The translations under genes and the position numbers were made by a program. A stretch of DNA of 64,000 bases from an uncultured Desulfobacter sp. GTDB taxonomy: Bacteria > Desulfobacterota > Desulfobacteria > Desulfobacterales > Desulfobacteraceae. Positions 18,843 to 29,142 of this stretch are shown in pieces (positions within the stretch are counted from its first letter, which is position 1; every line of letters starts with the position of its first letter). The notes under the pieces are model-generated. The model was not told where the DNA came from. It saw only the letters and a list, made by a program, of their open reading frames with translations, and ran no database searches. The stretch spans positions 6,560,001 to 6,624,000 of the forward strand of contig OY762069.1 in assembly GCA_963665095.1 (NCBI GenBank), in the 5' to 3' direction.

Positions 18843-19760
18843 CTATATGTCACCAACAGGTCGTGTTTTCCAACGTCGGTGCAGCCAGAACCACTGTTCC
18901 GGATATTGCCTTATAACAGCTTCGATGGCTGATGTATAAATTTGTGTGTTGTATCTGATATCAGCCTCTTCGTTTCCAGTATTCATTACTGGAAGCTCCG
19001 GGTGAATTTCAAGTACAAATTTGGTTTTTCCCCGGTGGAGAAAAATAGGAATCATCGGGGCTCCGGTACTCATGGCCAGCTTTGCCGGTCCTTTGCCTGT
19101 ACACGCTTTTTCTCCGAAAAAATCGACAAAGATCCCCCTTCGATGCCCGCTGTTCTGGTCTGCCAACAACCCGATTACATGACCCTGGGCCAGCGCCTCC
19201 TGTACTGCATCCAGGGCATCGTGCAAGGGAAAGAATGCGACCCCTGTGCTGTTTCTGTTTTCGATTATAAAACGGTTAATGGCTCTGGATTTAAGGGGAC
19301 GGTAAACAACTGTGCCCTGCATGCCGGTCATGGGCGCAAAAGCGGTCAGAAGCTCCCAGTTTCCCAGGTGTGCCAGTATGGCAATTACCCCGTTTCCTTT
19401 TTGCATGGCTTTTTTTAGGTGTTCCGTCCCTGTAAGGCTGAAATGTGACTCATAATTGATTGGCTGCCGGGTGTAATACCAGGCATATTCAAAAAACATC
19501 CGGATGGTGTTGGGAAAAACCGCTCGTGCAATTTTTTGTATTTCGCGTTTTGTTTTTTCCTGGCCGAATGCAATTCTAAGATTGCTATAGATTATCTTTC
19601 TATGTTTATTGTCCACAAGGAACCAAACGGCTCCAAAGTATTTTGAAATCAGGTCCACAATTCGGGAAGAAAGGCTGCCTGCTACCCGGGTTAATCTCTT
19701 AATGCCTCGGTAAATCAATTGATTTTTCCGATCCATGGGATCAGTGGAATACTTGCCCAT
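18843..19760 (-). CDS. lipid A late acyltransferase (LpxL/HtrB family)
   Basis: HLGNWE, LADQN, FFG, PEQWFWLHRRWK. Confidence 0.93.
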   Translation of the reverse strand: MGKYSTDPMDRKNQLIYRGIKRLTRVAGSLSSRIVDLISKYFGAVWFLVDNKHRKIIYSNLRIAFGQEKTKREIQKIARAVFPNTIRMFFEYAWYYTRQPINYESHFSLTGTEHLKKAMQKGNGVIAILAHLGNWELLTAFAPMTGMQGTVVYRPLKSRAINRFIIENRNSTGVAFFPLHDALDAVQEALAQGHVIGLLADQNSGHRRGIFVDFFGEKACTGKGPAKLAMSTGAPMIPIFLHRGKTKFVLEIHPELPVMNTGNEEADIRYNTQIYTSAIEAVIRQYPEQWFWLHRRWKTRPVGDI

Positions 19761-19959
19761 AATATTTTTTTAATAATGTTTGAAATATAAAAAAATATGC
19801 AAATTTTTTTGTTTGCCACCTTACCGGATGCCAGGCCTGGCACTAAATTAAAGCCCGGCAACCCGTATTAAATCCGGGTCATTTATATCAGTAATGTCGG
19901 GGAAACTCAATGCATCCTGCATGATGCCCACAAGTTAAGGCACACAACGCGTTATGTTT

Positions 19960-21111
19960 TTAGGAAACGCCTAAAAATTTTCGTTCAATTTTTACCTGGT
20001 GCAGGCGGTAGATCCGGATGACATCACGGCCCATGGCATCCATGGAGTAATGCTTTTCTACGAGATGCCTTGCTGACTGGGTCCTGGCCTGTGTCTCTTC
20101 CGGCTGGTTAAGGGTACAAGAAATTGCATCCAATAAAGATTCGGGCTTGTCCGGATCTATGAGCAGGCCGGTTTTTCTGTCTTCAACCACGTCCCGGAAG
20201 CCTGGCATGTCCTGACTGATGACAGGGCACCCCCACGCCATGGCAGTTGTTATTTCAACAGGAACGCCCTGGTAAAATGTCATGTCAGTCGGGAAGAAAA
20301 TGCCGCAGTCCAGACCCGGGTAATGCTCTGTGGTGTTTTCCTCAGTCTGTGGCAGCACATGTATCCGGTTCAGGATTTCTTTTTTTTGCAGGCATGCCTT
20401 TTCCTGGTCATAAAGCTCATCAGTGATCACTATATAGTGATTGGGAAACTGTTGATCGAGGTTTTCGGCAGCATTAAAAAGGTATTCACATGTATTGGCA
20501 TCCATTTTACCAAACACGCCGATAAACCGGAGGCCCGGTGCCGGTTCAAGCCCAAGGGTCCGGGCCAGCATCCGACGGCTGTCCGATCTGTCCGGAAGCG
20601 CAGCAGGCGGGCAGATGCCGTCGGGAATAGAAAATACATGCATGTCCGACAGGGCAAAGGTCTGCTTAAGATGTCCGGCACTGTCCTTTGAGGTAGTAAA
20701 GACGTAATGGCAGTGGGTTTTGTATATTTTTTTATTGGGCCAGGTGTGCTTGATCCGTTCTCCATTATGTCTGGACATGATTCTCAATGGTACCCCGGCC
20801 GTCTGGGCCGCCTTTAAGGCAATTTTTGCATCCCTGCGGCCATGGGCATTGACCACAAAGGGCTGTTCGCTGATAAAAATTTCCTTTAACCGGCCATATT
20901 CCCCGATGCGGGCCAGGGGTTTGAAGGATATGGGGTAAACCATTAATCCGTTTTGTCTGGCCTTCTCAAATAACGGGGTGCCGGCCGGAGTAATGACAGC
21001 TATCTGGTGGCCGTTTTCTTTCATCCACAGGGATTCGGAAAGAATTCGTTTTTCCCGGTTTCCCCATGAGGCCCGGCTTGAGGTATGAATGATTTTATAA
21101 AATGTTCTCAT
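19960..21111 (-). CDS. GT4-fold glycosyltransferase (degenerate motif)
   Basis: IIHT..RASWGNREKRIL.E, AMAWGCPVI....GFRDVV..KTGLL. Confidence 0.8.
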   Translation of the reverse strand: MRTFYKIIHTSSRASWGNREKRILSESLWMKENGHQIAVITPAGTPLFEKARQNGLMVYPISFKPLARIGEYGRLKEIFISEQPFVVNAHGRRDAKIALKAAQTAGVPLRIMSRHNGERIKHTWPNKKIYKTHCHYVFTTSKDSAGHLKQTFALSDMHVFSIPDGICPPAALPDRSDSRRMLARTLGLEPAPGLRFIGVFGKMDANTCEYLFNAAENLDQQFPNHYIVITDELYDQEKACLQKKEILNRIHVLPQTEENTTEHYPGLDCGIFFPTDMTFYQGVPVEITTAMAWGCPVISQDMPGFRDVVEDRKTGLLIDPDKPESLLDAISCTLNQPEETQARTQSARHLVEKHYSMDAMGRDVIRIYRLHQVKIERKFLGVS

Positions 21112-21123
21112 GAATAATCAGCG

Positions 21124-21852
21124 TTACTTAAGGCCTGCTTCAATCCGTTCAATGTCTTCGGGCAGATCAATGGCAGGAGAATCATACCGGGTTATTGCCA
21201 CTTTAATGGGATATCCAAATTCAAGAACCCGCAACTGTTCTAATTTTTCCACCTGCTCATAGGTGCCGCTGTCAAGGGTGGCAATTTTGTCCAGAAATGC
21301 TTTGGTATAGGCATAAAAGCCAAGATGCTTGTAGTACTCTACATCTGTCTGGCCATCCCTGGGAAAAGGGATCTGAGCCCTGGAAAAATACATGGCAAAG
21401 CCCTTACGGTTGAAGACCACCTTGACATCCTTTGGGTCGGTGATTTCCCGCAGGTTGCTGATTTTATAGGCCAGGGTGGACATAACAAGGCCCGGGTCCT
21501 CATCAAAGGGGGCAATCAGCTCTTCAATGCACCCGGGATCAAATACCGGCTGATCTCCCTGGATGTTAATAATGATCTCATTTGGGCCGGCATCAAGATT
21601 TTTTGCAATTTCAGCCACCCTGTCGGTACCGCAGCGGTAATTTCCCGGGGTGATCATGGCCTCACCGCCGCAGGCTGTCACAGCATCTGCAATACGCTGG
21701 TCATCCGTGGCCACAATGGCTCTTGTCACAACCGGTGATCTCTTTGCCTGTTCCACCACCCGCTGGATCATGGGTTTGCCGGCGATCATGGCAAGGGGTT
21801 TTCCTTTAAGCCGGCTGGAACCGAAACGGGCCGGGATCACTGCAATGGGCAT
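21124..21852 (-). CDS. kdsB: CMP-Kdo synthetase
   Basis: IPARFGSSRLKGKPL, GTDR, NIQGDQP, YFSR, HLG.YAY, EKLEQLR. ATG at 21852. Confidence 0.97.
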   Translation of the reverse strand: MPIAVIPARFGSSRLKGKPLAMIAGKPMIQRVVEQAKRSPVVTRAIVATDDQRIADAVTACGGEAMITPGNYRCGTDRVAEIAKNLDAGPNEIIINIQGDQPVFDPGCIEELIAPFDEDPGLVMSTLAYKISNLREITDPKDVKVVFNRKGFAMYFSRAQIPFPRDGQTDVEYYKHLGFYAYTKAFLDKIATLDSGTYEQVEKLEQLRVLEFGYPIKVAITRYDSPAIDLPEDIERIEAGLK

Positions 21853-22113
21853 TTTTGACCTCTTTTTAAACAGGCTGTGGCCCTGTTGGGGGCTGATTTT
21901 GGTTCTTTTTGTCCATCCGTTGGCGGATAAACCGTGTAATTGACTATAAAAATTGCGAATTAATAGCAAATTCACCATGGGTTTTCAAGGAAGATCCATC
22001 ATTGACTTTCATTTTACTAACGCTTATAAACCTTTTATCTAAGGGTGCAAAAAACGCCAATTACAGCAGGGTCCCCCTTGGAATTTGAAGCTAAGGGCAG
22101 GGGATTTTTTGTC

Positions 22114-23277
22114 ATGGAAGACAGAAAAAATCAGGATGAACATAAAGGGTATGAACAAGGTCCTATCCGGCCGGCCAATGAGTCCTACAGCCTTTTGGTT
22201 CGTTTGACCCGGAACTGTCCGTGGAACCGCTGCACCTTTTGTCCGGTGCACAAGAAGGGCAAATTTTCCTTTCGATCTGTAGAGAATATCATTAAAGATA
22301 TTGATCTGATCCACACCTATATTGAGGCGGTTAAAAAGGAAAATGCCCTGCCCATTGCCATGGATCAGGAGCGGATTCACTCGTTGTACTGCAGTTTTGA
22401 TATCCGGGACCGGGTGGCATTTAATTCTGCCGTTCAATGGTATGCAACAGGCATGACATCCATCTTTCTGCAGGATGCCGACTCTTTGATCATGAATCCG
22501 GATGATCTGTTTTTTATCCTTGGACATATTCGTTCCTGTTTTCCGGAAGTCGAGGCCATAACCTCCTATGCCAGGAGCAGCACAATTCTGAAAATTCCTT
22601 TGGCAAAGCTTGAACAGATGTGCAAACTGGGGTTGAACCGGCTTCATGTGGGGATGGAAAGCGGTTCCGATCTTGTATTAAACCGCATCCGTAAAGGTAT
22701 TGACAGGGCCGGCCACATTGCTGCCGGCCAAAGGGTCAAAGCTGCCGGTATTGAGCTGTCCGAATATGTCATGCCCGGACTCGGCGGGATTGATCTCTCC
22801 ATTGAGCATGCCCTTGAAACGGCAGAGGCCCTGAACGCAGTCAATCCGGATGTGATCAAAATACGCACCCTGGTAATGGCACCGGGCACGGAGCTGGCCC
22901 GCTGGCAGGCAAAAGGGATGTATGAAAAACCCAGTGATGCTATGATCGCAACTGAGCTGCGGCTTTTGCTGGAAGGACTGGACAATATCCAGTCCCGGAT
23001 AAAAAGCGATCACATTGTTAATCTTTTTGAAAATATCTGCGGCCAGATGCCAGAGGACAAAGCCAAACTGATCGCTGTTATTGATAAATTTTTTGACCTG
23101 CCCCAAAAGGACCGGATTCTTTACCAGGTGGGACGCCGCATGGGTTTCTTTAAAGGCCCTCAGGATATGGATGCAGCGCCCCAGATGGACCAGGTCCGGC
23201 TGGCCTGTGAGAATTACGGGATCACCCCCCAAAACGTTGATCAGATCCTTGACCGGCTGATGATGCGGTTTGTCTGA
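22114..23277 (+). CDS. radical SAM protein
   Basis: EQGPIRP..E..SLL.R.TRNCPWNRCTFC (CX3CX2C), FLQDADS, GMESGS. Confidence 0.9.
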   Translation: MEDRKNQDEHKGYEQGPIRPANESYSLLVRLTRNCPWNRCTFCPVHKKGKFSFRSVENIIKDIDLIHTYIEAVKKENALPIAMDQERIHSLYCSFDIRDRVAFNSAVQWYATGMTSIFLQDADSLIMNPDDLFFILGHIRSCFPEVEAITSYARSSTILKIPLAKLEQMCKLGLNRLHVGMESGSDLVLNRIRKGIDRAGHIAAGQRVKAAGIELSEYVMPGLGGIDLSIEHALETAEALNAVNPDVIKIRTLVMAPGTELARWQAKGMYEKPSDAMIATELRLLLEGLDNIQSRIKSDHIVNLFENICGQMPEDKAKLIAVIDKFFDLPQKDRILYQVGRRMGFFKGPQDMDAAPQMDQVRLACENYGITPQNVDQILDRLMMRFV

Positions 23278-24451
23278 ACATATCTACATCCACGTCCCTT
23301 TCTGTTTAAAAAAGTGCAGATACTGCGATTTTTATTCCCTGACAGATTTGACTTTGATTGCTGATTATGTTTCTGCCCTGATCCGCGAGATAGGGTTGCA
23401 CGCACAAACGCTGTCATCCGGTTCCGTGCGGGAAGTCTCAACCGTCTACTTTGGGGGCGGCACCCCTTCTTTGCTTTCTTTTCAATCTGTCGAAACTGTG
23501 CTCCAGGCCGTGGATCAATTTTACGGTCTTGGTGCAGACGCAGAAATTACCTTTGAAGCCAATCCCGGCACTCTGGACCATGGCATGCTGAAACAGCTGT
23601 GCCGTATGGGGGTTAACCGCCTGAGTTTCGGGGTTCAGTCCTTTGATCCGGGTATGCTCGCCATGCTGGGCCGCATTCACCGCCCGGAAGATGCCGTGTA
23701 TGTCGTTGAGAAGGCCAGGGCGGCCGGTTTTGAAAATATCAGCCTGGATTTGATAATTGCACTGCCCGGCCAGGATGAATCGGCTCTGTACAGCCAGCTT
23801 GACCGGGCATTGGCCCTGAATCCCACCCATCTGTCATGCTATATGCTCACCCTGGAACCGGGCACCCCCCTGCATGCCATGTATAAAACCGGTGGATTTA
23901 CTCCCATGACCGGGCCTGACCAGGTGGATCTGTTTAAAAAGACCTCCGGGTATCTGACTGCCAGGGGATGGGATCACTATGAAATTTCCAATTATGCAGA
24001 AAAGAAAAGTCTTCGCTCCCGGCACAACAGTGCTTACTGGCAGATGGTGCACTACAAAGGGTTTGGCCCGGCCGCCCACTCCTATTCAGTTTTGCCCGAT
24101 GCCCGCGGGATTGAAAAGCATATCCGGACCTGGAACCTGCCGGATGTAAAGGCGTACATCAATGCACTGCATGACAACAGGGTGCCCCCGGCAAACAAAG
24201 AGGCCCTGACCCTGGAACAGCGGCAGATGGAGTGGATCATGGTGGGGCTGAGGACCTCTGACGGCCTTGACATCTCTGCTGGCAACGCACTCTTTCAGAA
24301 CGGTTTTCTATCAGAATTTGAAGAACTGATTGAAGACCTGCAAGCAAAAAAAATGGCCCGGATAACTGAATCCGGCCGGCAATTCTCCCTGACTCTGGCA
24401 GGATGGATGCACCTGGATAGTATTGTGGAATCCTTTGTTCAAAGGATTTAA
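23270..24451 (+). CDS. hemW: radical SAM heme chaperone HemW
   Basis: YIHVPFC..KC.YCDF, YFGGGTPS, EANP, YEISN, HNSAYW (HNxxYW). Confidence 0.92.
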   Translation: MSEHIYIHVPFCLKKCRYCDFYSLTDLTLIADYVSALIREIGLHAQTLSSGSVREVSTVYFGGGTPSLLSFQSVETVLQAVDQFYGLGADAEITFEANPGTLDHGMLKQLCRMGVNRLSFGVQSFDPGMLAMLGRIHRPEDAVYVVEKARAAGFENISLDLIIALPGQDESALYSQLDRALALNPTHLSCYMLTLEPGTPLHAMYKTGGFTPMTGPDQVDLFKKTSGYLTARGWDHYEISNYAEKKSLRSRHNSAYWQMVHYKGFGPAAHSYSVLPDARGIEKHIRTWNLPDVKAYINALHDNRVPPANKEALTLEQRQMEWIMVGLRTSDGLDISAGNALFQNGFLSEFEELIEDLQAKKMARITESGRQFSLTLAGWMHLDSIVESFVQRI

Positions 24452-24453
24452 CA

Positions 24454-26367
24454 CTATATCTTTTTTCTTAACTGCCTGTGATCTTCCACCCGTATGGTCA
24501 AATGAATCCCATCAAAATATTCAATCAGAGGAATGATAAATTTTCTGGAGATTCCGGTCATGTCCTTGAATTCCGGGGTGGTGATTTTTTCATTGGCTTT
24601 CAGAAAGGAAATGAGCTGATCCTGAAGATCATTAATGGCCGTGGCATCAAAAAACAGATCATCCTTTGTTTTGACCATCTGTTTTTCATCAATGAGCATC
24701 TGCATAACGTCTCTGGCTGTTTTCTGATCCAGGTCAAGATCCTGGCAGATAGTCCTGAAAAAGGGCGGTGTCAGACCTGATTTTTTATAAATCTCCAGAA
24801 TTTTTTCTTTGATTTCATGCTGGTCCACCTGCAGAGCCACTTTGAATCCGGCCAGTTTTACCAGATTTTTGTCCTGGACAATGAGCGCTTCTTTTTCCAT
24901 GCGGTTGAACAGGAGATTAAAAAAGCGGGGATCTTCCACATATTTAAATTTAGATTTCAGCTCCTGGGCCGGCATGCCTTCCTTGAGTGGATTCTGTTCA
25001 TGATAGGCGGTCAGTCGTTTCAGGGCCTTTCCCTTGTATTCCTCAAATGTGCCGCCATGGACATAGCTTTGTTTTTCCTTGTCCGTGAGAACTGCTTCCT
25101 GTTTGGCAAGCATTTTCTGCAAGGTGGCGGCAAGCTTTTTGTCCGGGATATTGGTCATCACCCGCAATTCATTCAGACTAAGGCCTGAAAATCCTCTGGT
25201 GGACAGAAAATAGGAAACAATCTTTTCCTCATCCTCTCCCAGCAGGTCGGAAAGACCCTCAATCATTGCCTTGTCTTTAAGTTTGTATTTCTGGGAAACC
25301 GGGTTCAGGATGGCGCCACCACCAATGGTTTTGACGGGAGAGTAGGAGCGGATGACATACCTGTCATCCTTAATACAGCACACCGGTGCTTCCAGGCGGA
25401 ACTGGACCGGGGCATTGTCTCCGGGCAGAAGCTCTTCTCGGTCCAGAAGCACCATATAGCCTAAAATTTCACTGGTGCCTGAGTGAAACCGCACCCGGGT
25501 CCGGGCTTTTGCGGGCCTGGCGTTGCTTTTCAGATAGTGGAAATCCGCGTCCACCATATAGCTTTCAATCAGGGCGCCCGGAGTGGAGAGCACATCCCCC
25601 CGAAGTACGGCTTCCCTGTCAAGGCCCTGGAAGTTGATAGCGGTACGGGTGCCGGCCTCGGCCGTCTCCACAGCACTGGAGTGGACCTGGATCCCCCTGA
25701 CCCTGGAGGTGATCTTTCTGGGAAAAACCATGATATCCTGGCCCACACTGATCTGGCCTGAGATCAGAGTGCCGGTGATCACCGTGCCAAACCCTTTCAT
25801 GGAAAATACCCGGTCCACGGGCAGGCGGAAAATGCTGGAATATTTGCGGGGCGGGATCTCTTTGCAGATTTTATCAAGGGTATCCACGAACTCGTCCAGG
25901 CCCTGGCCCGTGGCTGACGATACCGGAACAACGGGTTTATCTTCAAGAAAGGTGTCCTGGATAAAGTCGTGGATATCCTCCATGGCCAGCTCAAGCAGGT
26001 CCTCATCCACGAGATCGGTTTTGGTCAGGGCGATCATGCCGTGGCGGATGCCCATGAGATTGCAGATTTCCATGTGTTCCCGGGTCTGGGGCATCACGCC
26101 TTCATCCGCTGCAATGACCATCACCACCACATCAATCCCGGAAGAGCCTGCCACCATGTTTTTTACAAACTTTTCATGGCCCGGCATATCCACGATGCCG
26201 ATGTGCCGGCCCGAGGCCAGGTCCAGGGATGCAAAGCCCAGTTCAATGGTGATGCCGCGCTCCTTTTCCTCTTTGAGGCGGTCCGTTTCAATACCTGTCA
26301 GCGCCTTTACCAGGCTGGTCTTTCCATGATCTATATGTCCGGCTGTACCCAGAATTATATTGTCCAC
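24454..26367 (-). CDS. selB: selenocysteine-specific elongation factor
   Basis: [27 protein letters not shown], and C-terminal winged helix [13 protein letters not shown]. Confidence 0.98.
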   Translation of the reverse strand: MDNIILGTAGHIDHGKTSLVKALTGIETDRLKEEKERGITIELGFASLDLASGRHIGIVDMPGHEKFVKNMVAGSSGIDVVVMVIAADEGVMPQTREHMEICNLMGIRHGMIALTKTDLVDEDLLELAMEDIHDFIQDTFLEDKPVVPVSSATGQGLDEFVDTLDKICKEIPPRKYSSIFRLPVDRVFSMKGFGTVITGTLISGQISVGQDIMVFPRKITSRVRGIQVHSSAVETAEAGTRTAINFQGLDREAVLRGDVLSTPGALIESYMVDADFHYLKSNARPAKARTRVRFHSGTSEILGYMVLLDREELLPGDNAPVQFRLEAPVCCIKDDRYVIRSYSPVKTIGGGAILNPVSQKYKLKDKAMIEGLSDLLGEDEEKIVSYFLSTRGFSGLSLNELRVMTNIPDKKLAATLQKMLAKQEAVLTDKEKQSYVHGGTFEEYKGKALKRLTAYHEQNPLKEGMPAQELKSKFKYVEDPRFFNLLFNRMEKEALIVQDKNLVKLAGFKVALQVDQHEIKEKILEIYKKSGLTPPFFRTICQDLDLDQKTARDVMQMLIDEKQMVKTKDDLFFDATAINDLQDQLISFLKANEKITTPEFKDMTGISRKFIIPLIEYFDGIHLTIRVEDHRQLRKKI

Positions 26368-26380
26368 AACGACTGTTCCG

Positions 26381-26551
26381 TTATCCTTTGGATTTTCTGT
26401 AATAGCTCATGCCGTAAGCCAGGGCCACAAGGATGATCCCTGTTACAACACCGTGGTAGATGCCCCAGTCCGGCCTGAACAGCCGGGTCAGCATGATCCC
26501 GAAAGCAAGGCCTAAGATCAGGCGCACCGTAAAAATAATCAACGCGTTCAT
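26381..26551 (-). CDS. small two-TM membrane protein
   Basis: 56 aa with two hydrophobic helices; GAGG RBS; ends 13 bp before selB. Confidence 0.65.
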   Translation of the reverse strand: MNALIIFTVRLILGLAFGIMLTRLFRPDWGIYHGVVTGIILVALAYGMSYYRKSKG

Positions 26552-26708
26552 ATCATCCGCCTCAAATTTGTTTATTGGTAAATACCCCAAGGATAATAGT
26601 CAAAGGGGCAGGGCAGGTCAATTGAAATCTATACCTTGAATTTAACCGGTTTGAGAAAAAACTCTTGAAAAAGAAAACCGGTTCTGATAATTAAGGTGAG
26701 TTTTTTTG

Positions 26709-26786
<78 letters not shown>

Positions 26787-26796
26787 CTTAAGAGAT

Positions 26797-26823
26797 AAAA
26801 GCAGCATAATTGCTGCTTTTTTT
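26797..26823 (+). terminator. intrinsic terminator after tRNA-His
   Basis: AAAAGCAGCA-taat-TGCTGCTTTTTTT. Confidence 0.85.
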
Positions 26824-26914
26824 GTTTCCGCGATACCACCCCCATTGAAAACGCCCAACCCTGCTTTTGTATCTGGCCGCAGGAAGTGTCTGTTTTTAAT
26901 TCTTTCGCTTCTGA

Positions 26915-26943
26915 TTGAAATCTGAAAAACCTTTAGGTATGTT
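26915..26943 (+). promoter_or_regulatory. sigma70 promoter of decayed moxR operon
   Basis: TTGAAA-17nt-TATGTT. Confidence 0.55.
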
Positions 26944-27044
26944 GTAGCCCGATTCCAAGTAAGGCCGTTGCTCTCATCACCGGCAACCTGCGGTGAAACG
27001 GCTATAAACGAAATGCATTATCAGGGGCAAAGGGCAGGCTCATT

Positions 27045-27187
27045 ATGGATTTCAGTCTTTGTTTTTAAATTGTCGATAATATCAAACAACTGAGAATGAA
27101 CGGTTCAGAGGCGTCCGGCCGGAAGAGATATTGGCGGAAATTGTCGCAGATATCCCTGTTCCGGGAACAGATGCTGACAGGTCATGA
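27045..27187 (+). pseudogene. MoxR AAA ATPase remnant (N- and C-termini only)
   Basis: MDFSLCF*IVDNIKQ is joined out of frame to ENERFRGVRPEEILAEIVADIPVP...*, whose stop overlaps the DUF58 ATG. Confidence 0.65.
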
Positions 27188-28380
27188 TGCGCTATTTTTC
27201 TGGACAACCCGTTTCAGGGCATCTGATCAGTGTGTATACGTCTCCCCTGCTGATTTGTATTACTTTGCTGTTTCTGTTCATATCTTTTTTGAGCGCCCAG
27301 ATCGAACTGACGCTCCTGCTGTCGTTTATACTGGGAATTGTTTTTCTGGCAAAGTTGTGGAGCCTTCTGGTATTCCGGCATCTGAAACTGTCAGTGAAGC
27401 TGGGGCAGAACCGTATTTTTCAGGGAGAAGAACTGACGGTTGAGATAACAGCCGGCAATCATAAAGTGCTGCCGGTCTGGCTGCAAATCAGCACTTTTAC
27501 AGGTAAGTCCCGTTTTGTTTCAGATGCCCCGGCAGTGGAGAGCGCCTTTCTGTTATGGTATCAGACCGTGAGTTTCGTCTGGACCCTGACGTCACTTACG
27601 CGGGGATGTCACCAGATGGGTTTTCGCCAGATCACTGTTTCCGACCTTTTAGGCTATTATCCGCACCGGCTGGATGAACGCCGCACAGAGGAGGTGATTG
27701 TTTGCCCGAGAATCAGTCCGGTCAGGCCCTTTACCCCACCAAAGCAGATTTTTTTCGGCACCCCCGGGTCCAGAAGCCCGGTCCATGATCCGGTTTACAT
27801 CTTAGGAACAAGAACATATCAAAACGCCATCCCCGTAAAATTCATTCACTGGAACGCCAGTGCCAGATTGAATCAACTCCAGGATAAGGTGTGCGAACCC
27901 TCTGTGCATGAAAAAATAATGCTTTTAATTGATGTGGACCAGTATCATCATTTGGGTACGGAAACCGCATTTGAAGAGATGATAGCGGCTGCTGCCTCCC
28001 TGGCCGTTTTTTTGCCGGCAGGGGAAACAGTCTGGGTCTGGTGACCAATGCCAGGATAGATGGGCAGAAATCCCCCTATGTTCCAATCAGCCGGAGCGTT
28101 GAAACATTGCCCGCATTGCTGGAGACACTTGCCCGTATCACCATGACACCACAACAAAATTTTACACAGACCTGCCGGCAATATAGTCACTGCCCTGCAG
28201 GGCGCCAACTGCATGGTGTGTGCCTGGTCCATCGATGAAAACAAACCATATATCAGGGAGCTTGCAGCCAGTAAAAATAAACATGTCCAATATTTTGTAT
28301 CAGAAATGGACGAAGACGGGACATTGGACCCCCGGCTGTTTGACGCGGTTGAATTGATTGAGGCGGTCTGTGTATGAATC
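27184..28380 (+). pseudogene. DUF58 family protein, frameshifted
   Basis: RGCH, DLLG, V.P, G.R.Y...P.KFIHW.ASAR...L..K, FE..I..AASLA. The frame breaks near 28010-28044 and continues as G..TNA...LLETLARI. Confidence 0.8.
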
Positions 28381-29134
28381 AGAAACTGTTTCCGCAGGCA
28401 CCGGATACGTTTTATCCCGGTAACCTTTTACCAGGAGCATGTCTGTTAATGGAACTTTCCTGGCTGTGCGCGCTGGCCAGTTTTTTAAGTGTGGCCACCA
28501 CAAACATCACATATCCGTTCATAATTTCTTTATGTGCGTATTTTATGGGGCTTTTTTCAGCACCGCTGTCACACTGATTTTTATTTCTGCAGGCGTTGTC
28601 CTGGGGGCTACCCGCTGATGACAGCGGCTGCTGAATCTGGATACACGGCATTGAGGCCGGCGGCCGCACCTTTTGGCCCCTATTTCATTGCTTTTTTGAG
28701 ATTTATTTTTGGTGCCAAGGCCCCTGCGGCGCCGCCGGCTCCGGCAGCCCAAAACAATGATCTGGCAATGGCAGCCGCCATTGCGTCTCCAAAAGGGGGC
28801 CTGGAATTTTTTTTGGAAACTGTTGCAACGCTGGCACCCGGGCATCCCCACTGCCCGGGAAGGTTTTGCCAACCTGTCCCGGTGGGGCCGAAAAAGCGGA
28901 TTGCCGCGTCAAAGGTCTGAAACTGCCAGTGAATACCAAAAACGACTTGCATCCCGGTTTTATCCCCTGAAAAATGAGATCTCTTGTGTTGTTAACGCCT
29001 TTAATGATGAAATATACGGCGAACAGCCACTCACCCGGGAGACGCTGCAACGCGTTAAAAAATCTTTAAAAAAGATGCGCCACCCGGGTTTCTGGCCATT
29101 ACGGGTGAAATCAATTTTCATGGGAGGCAACTGA
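28374..29134 (+). pseudogene. DUF4129-containing membrane protein, fragmented
   Basis: Short hydrophobic fragments in several frames; C-terminal WGRKSGLPRQRSETASEYQKRL...EIYG. Confidence 0.7.
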
Positions 29135-29142
29135 CGCCTCTC

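Noticed and set aside
25583..26329. Long antisense ORFs (here; also 54879-55718, 57486-58304, 53363-54061)
   Set aside because: Shadow frames opposite well-supported genes, with no motifs of their own.
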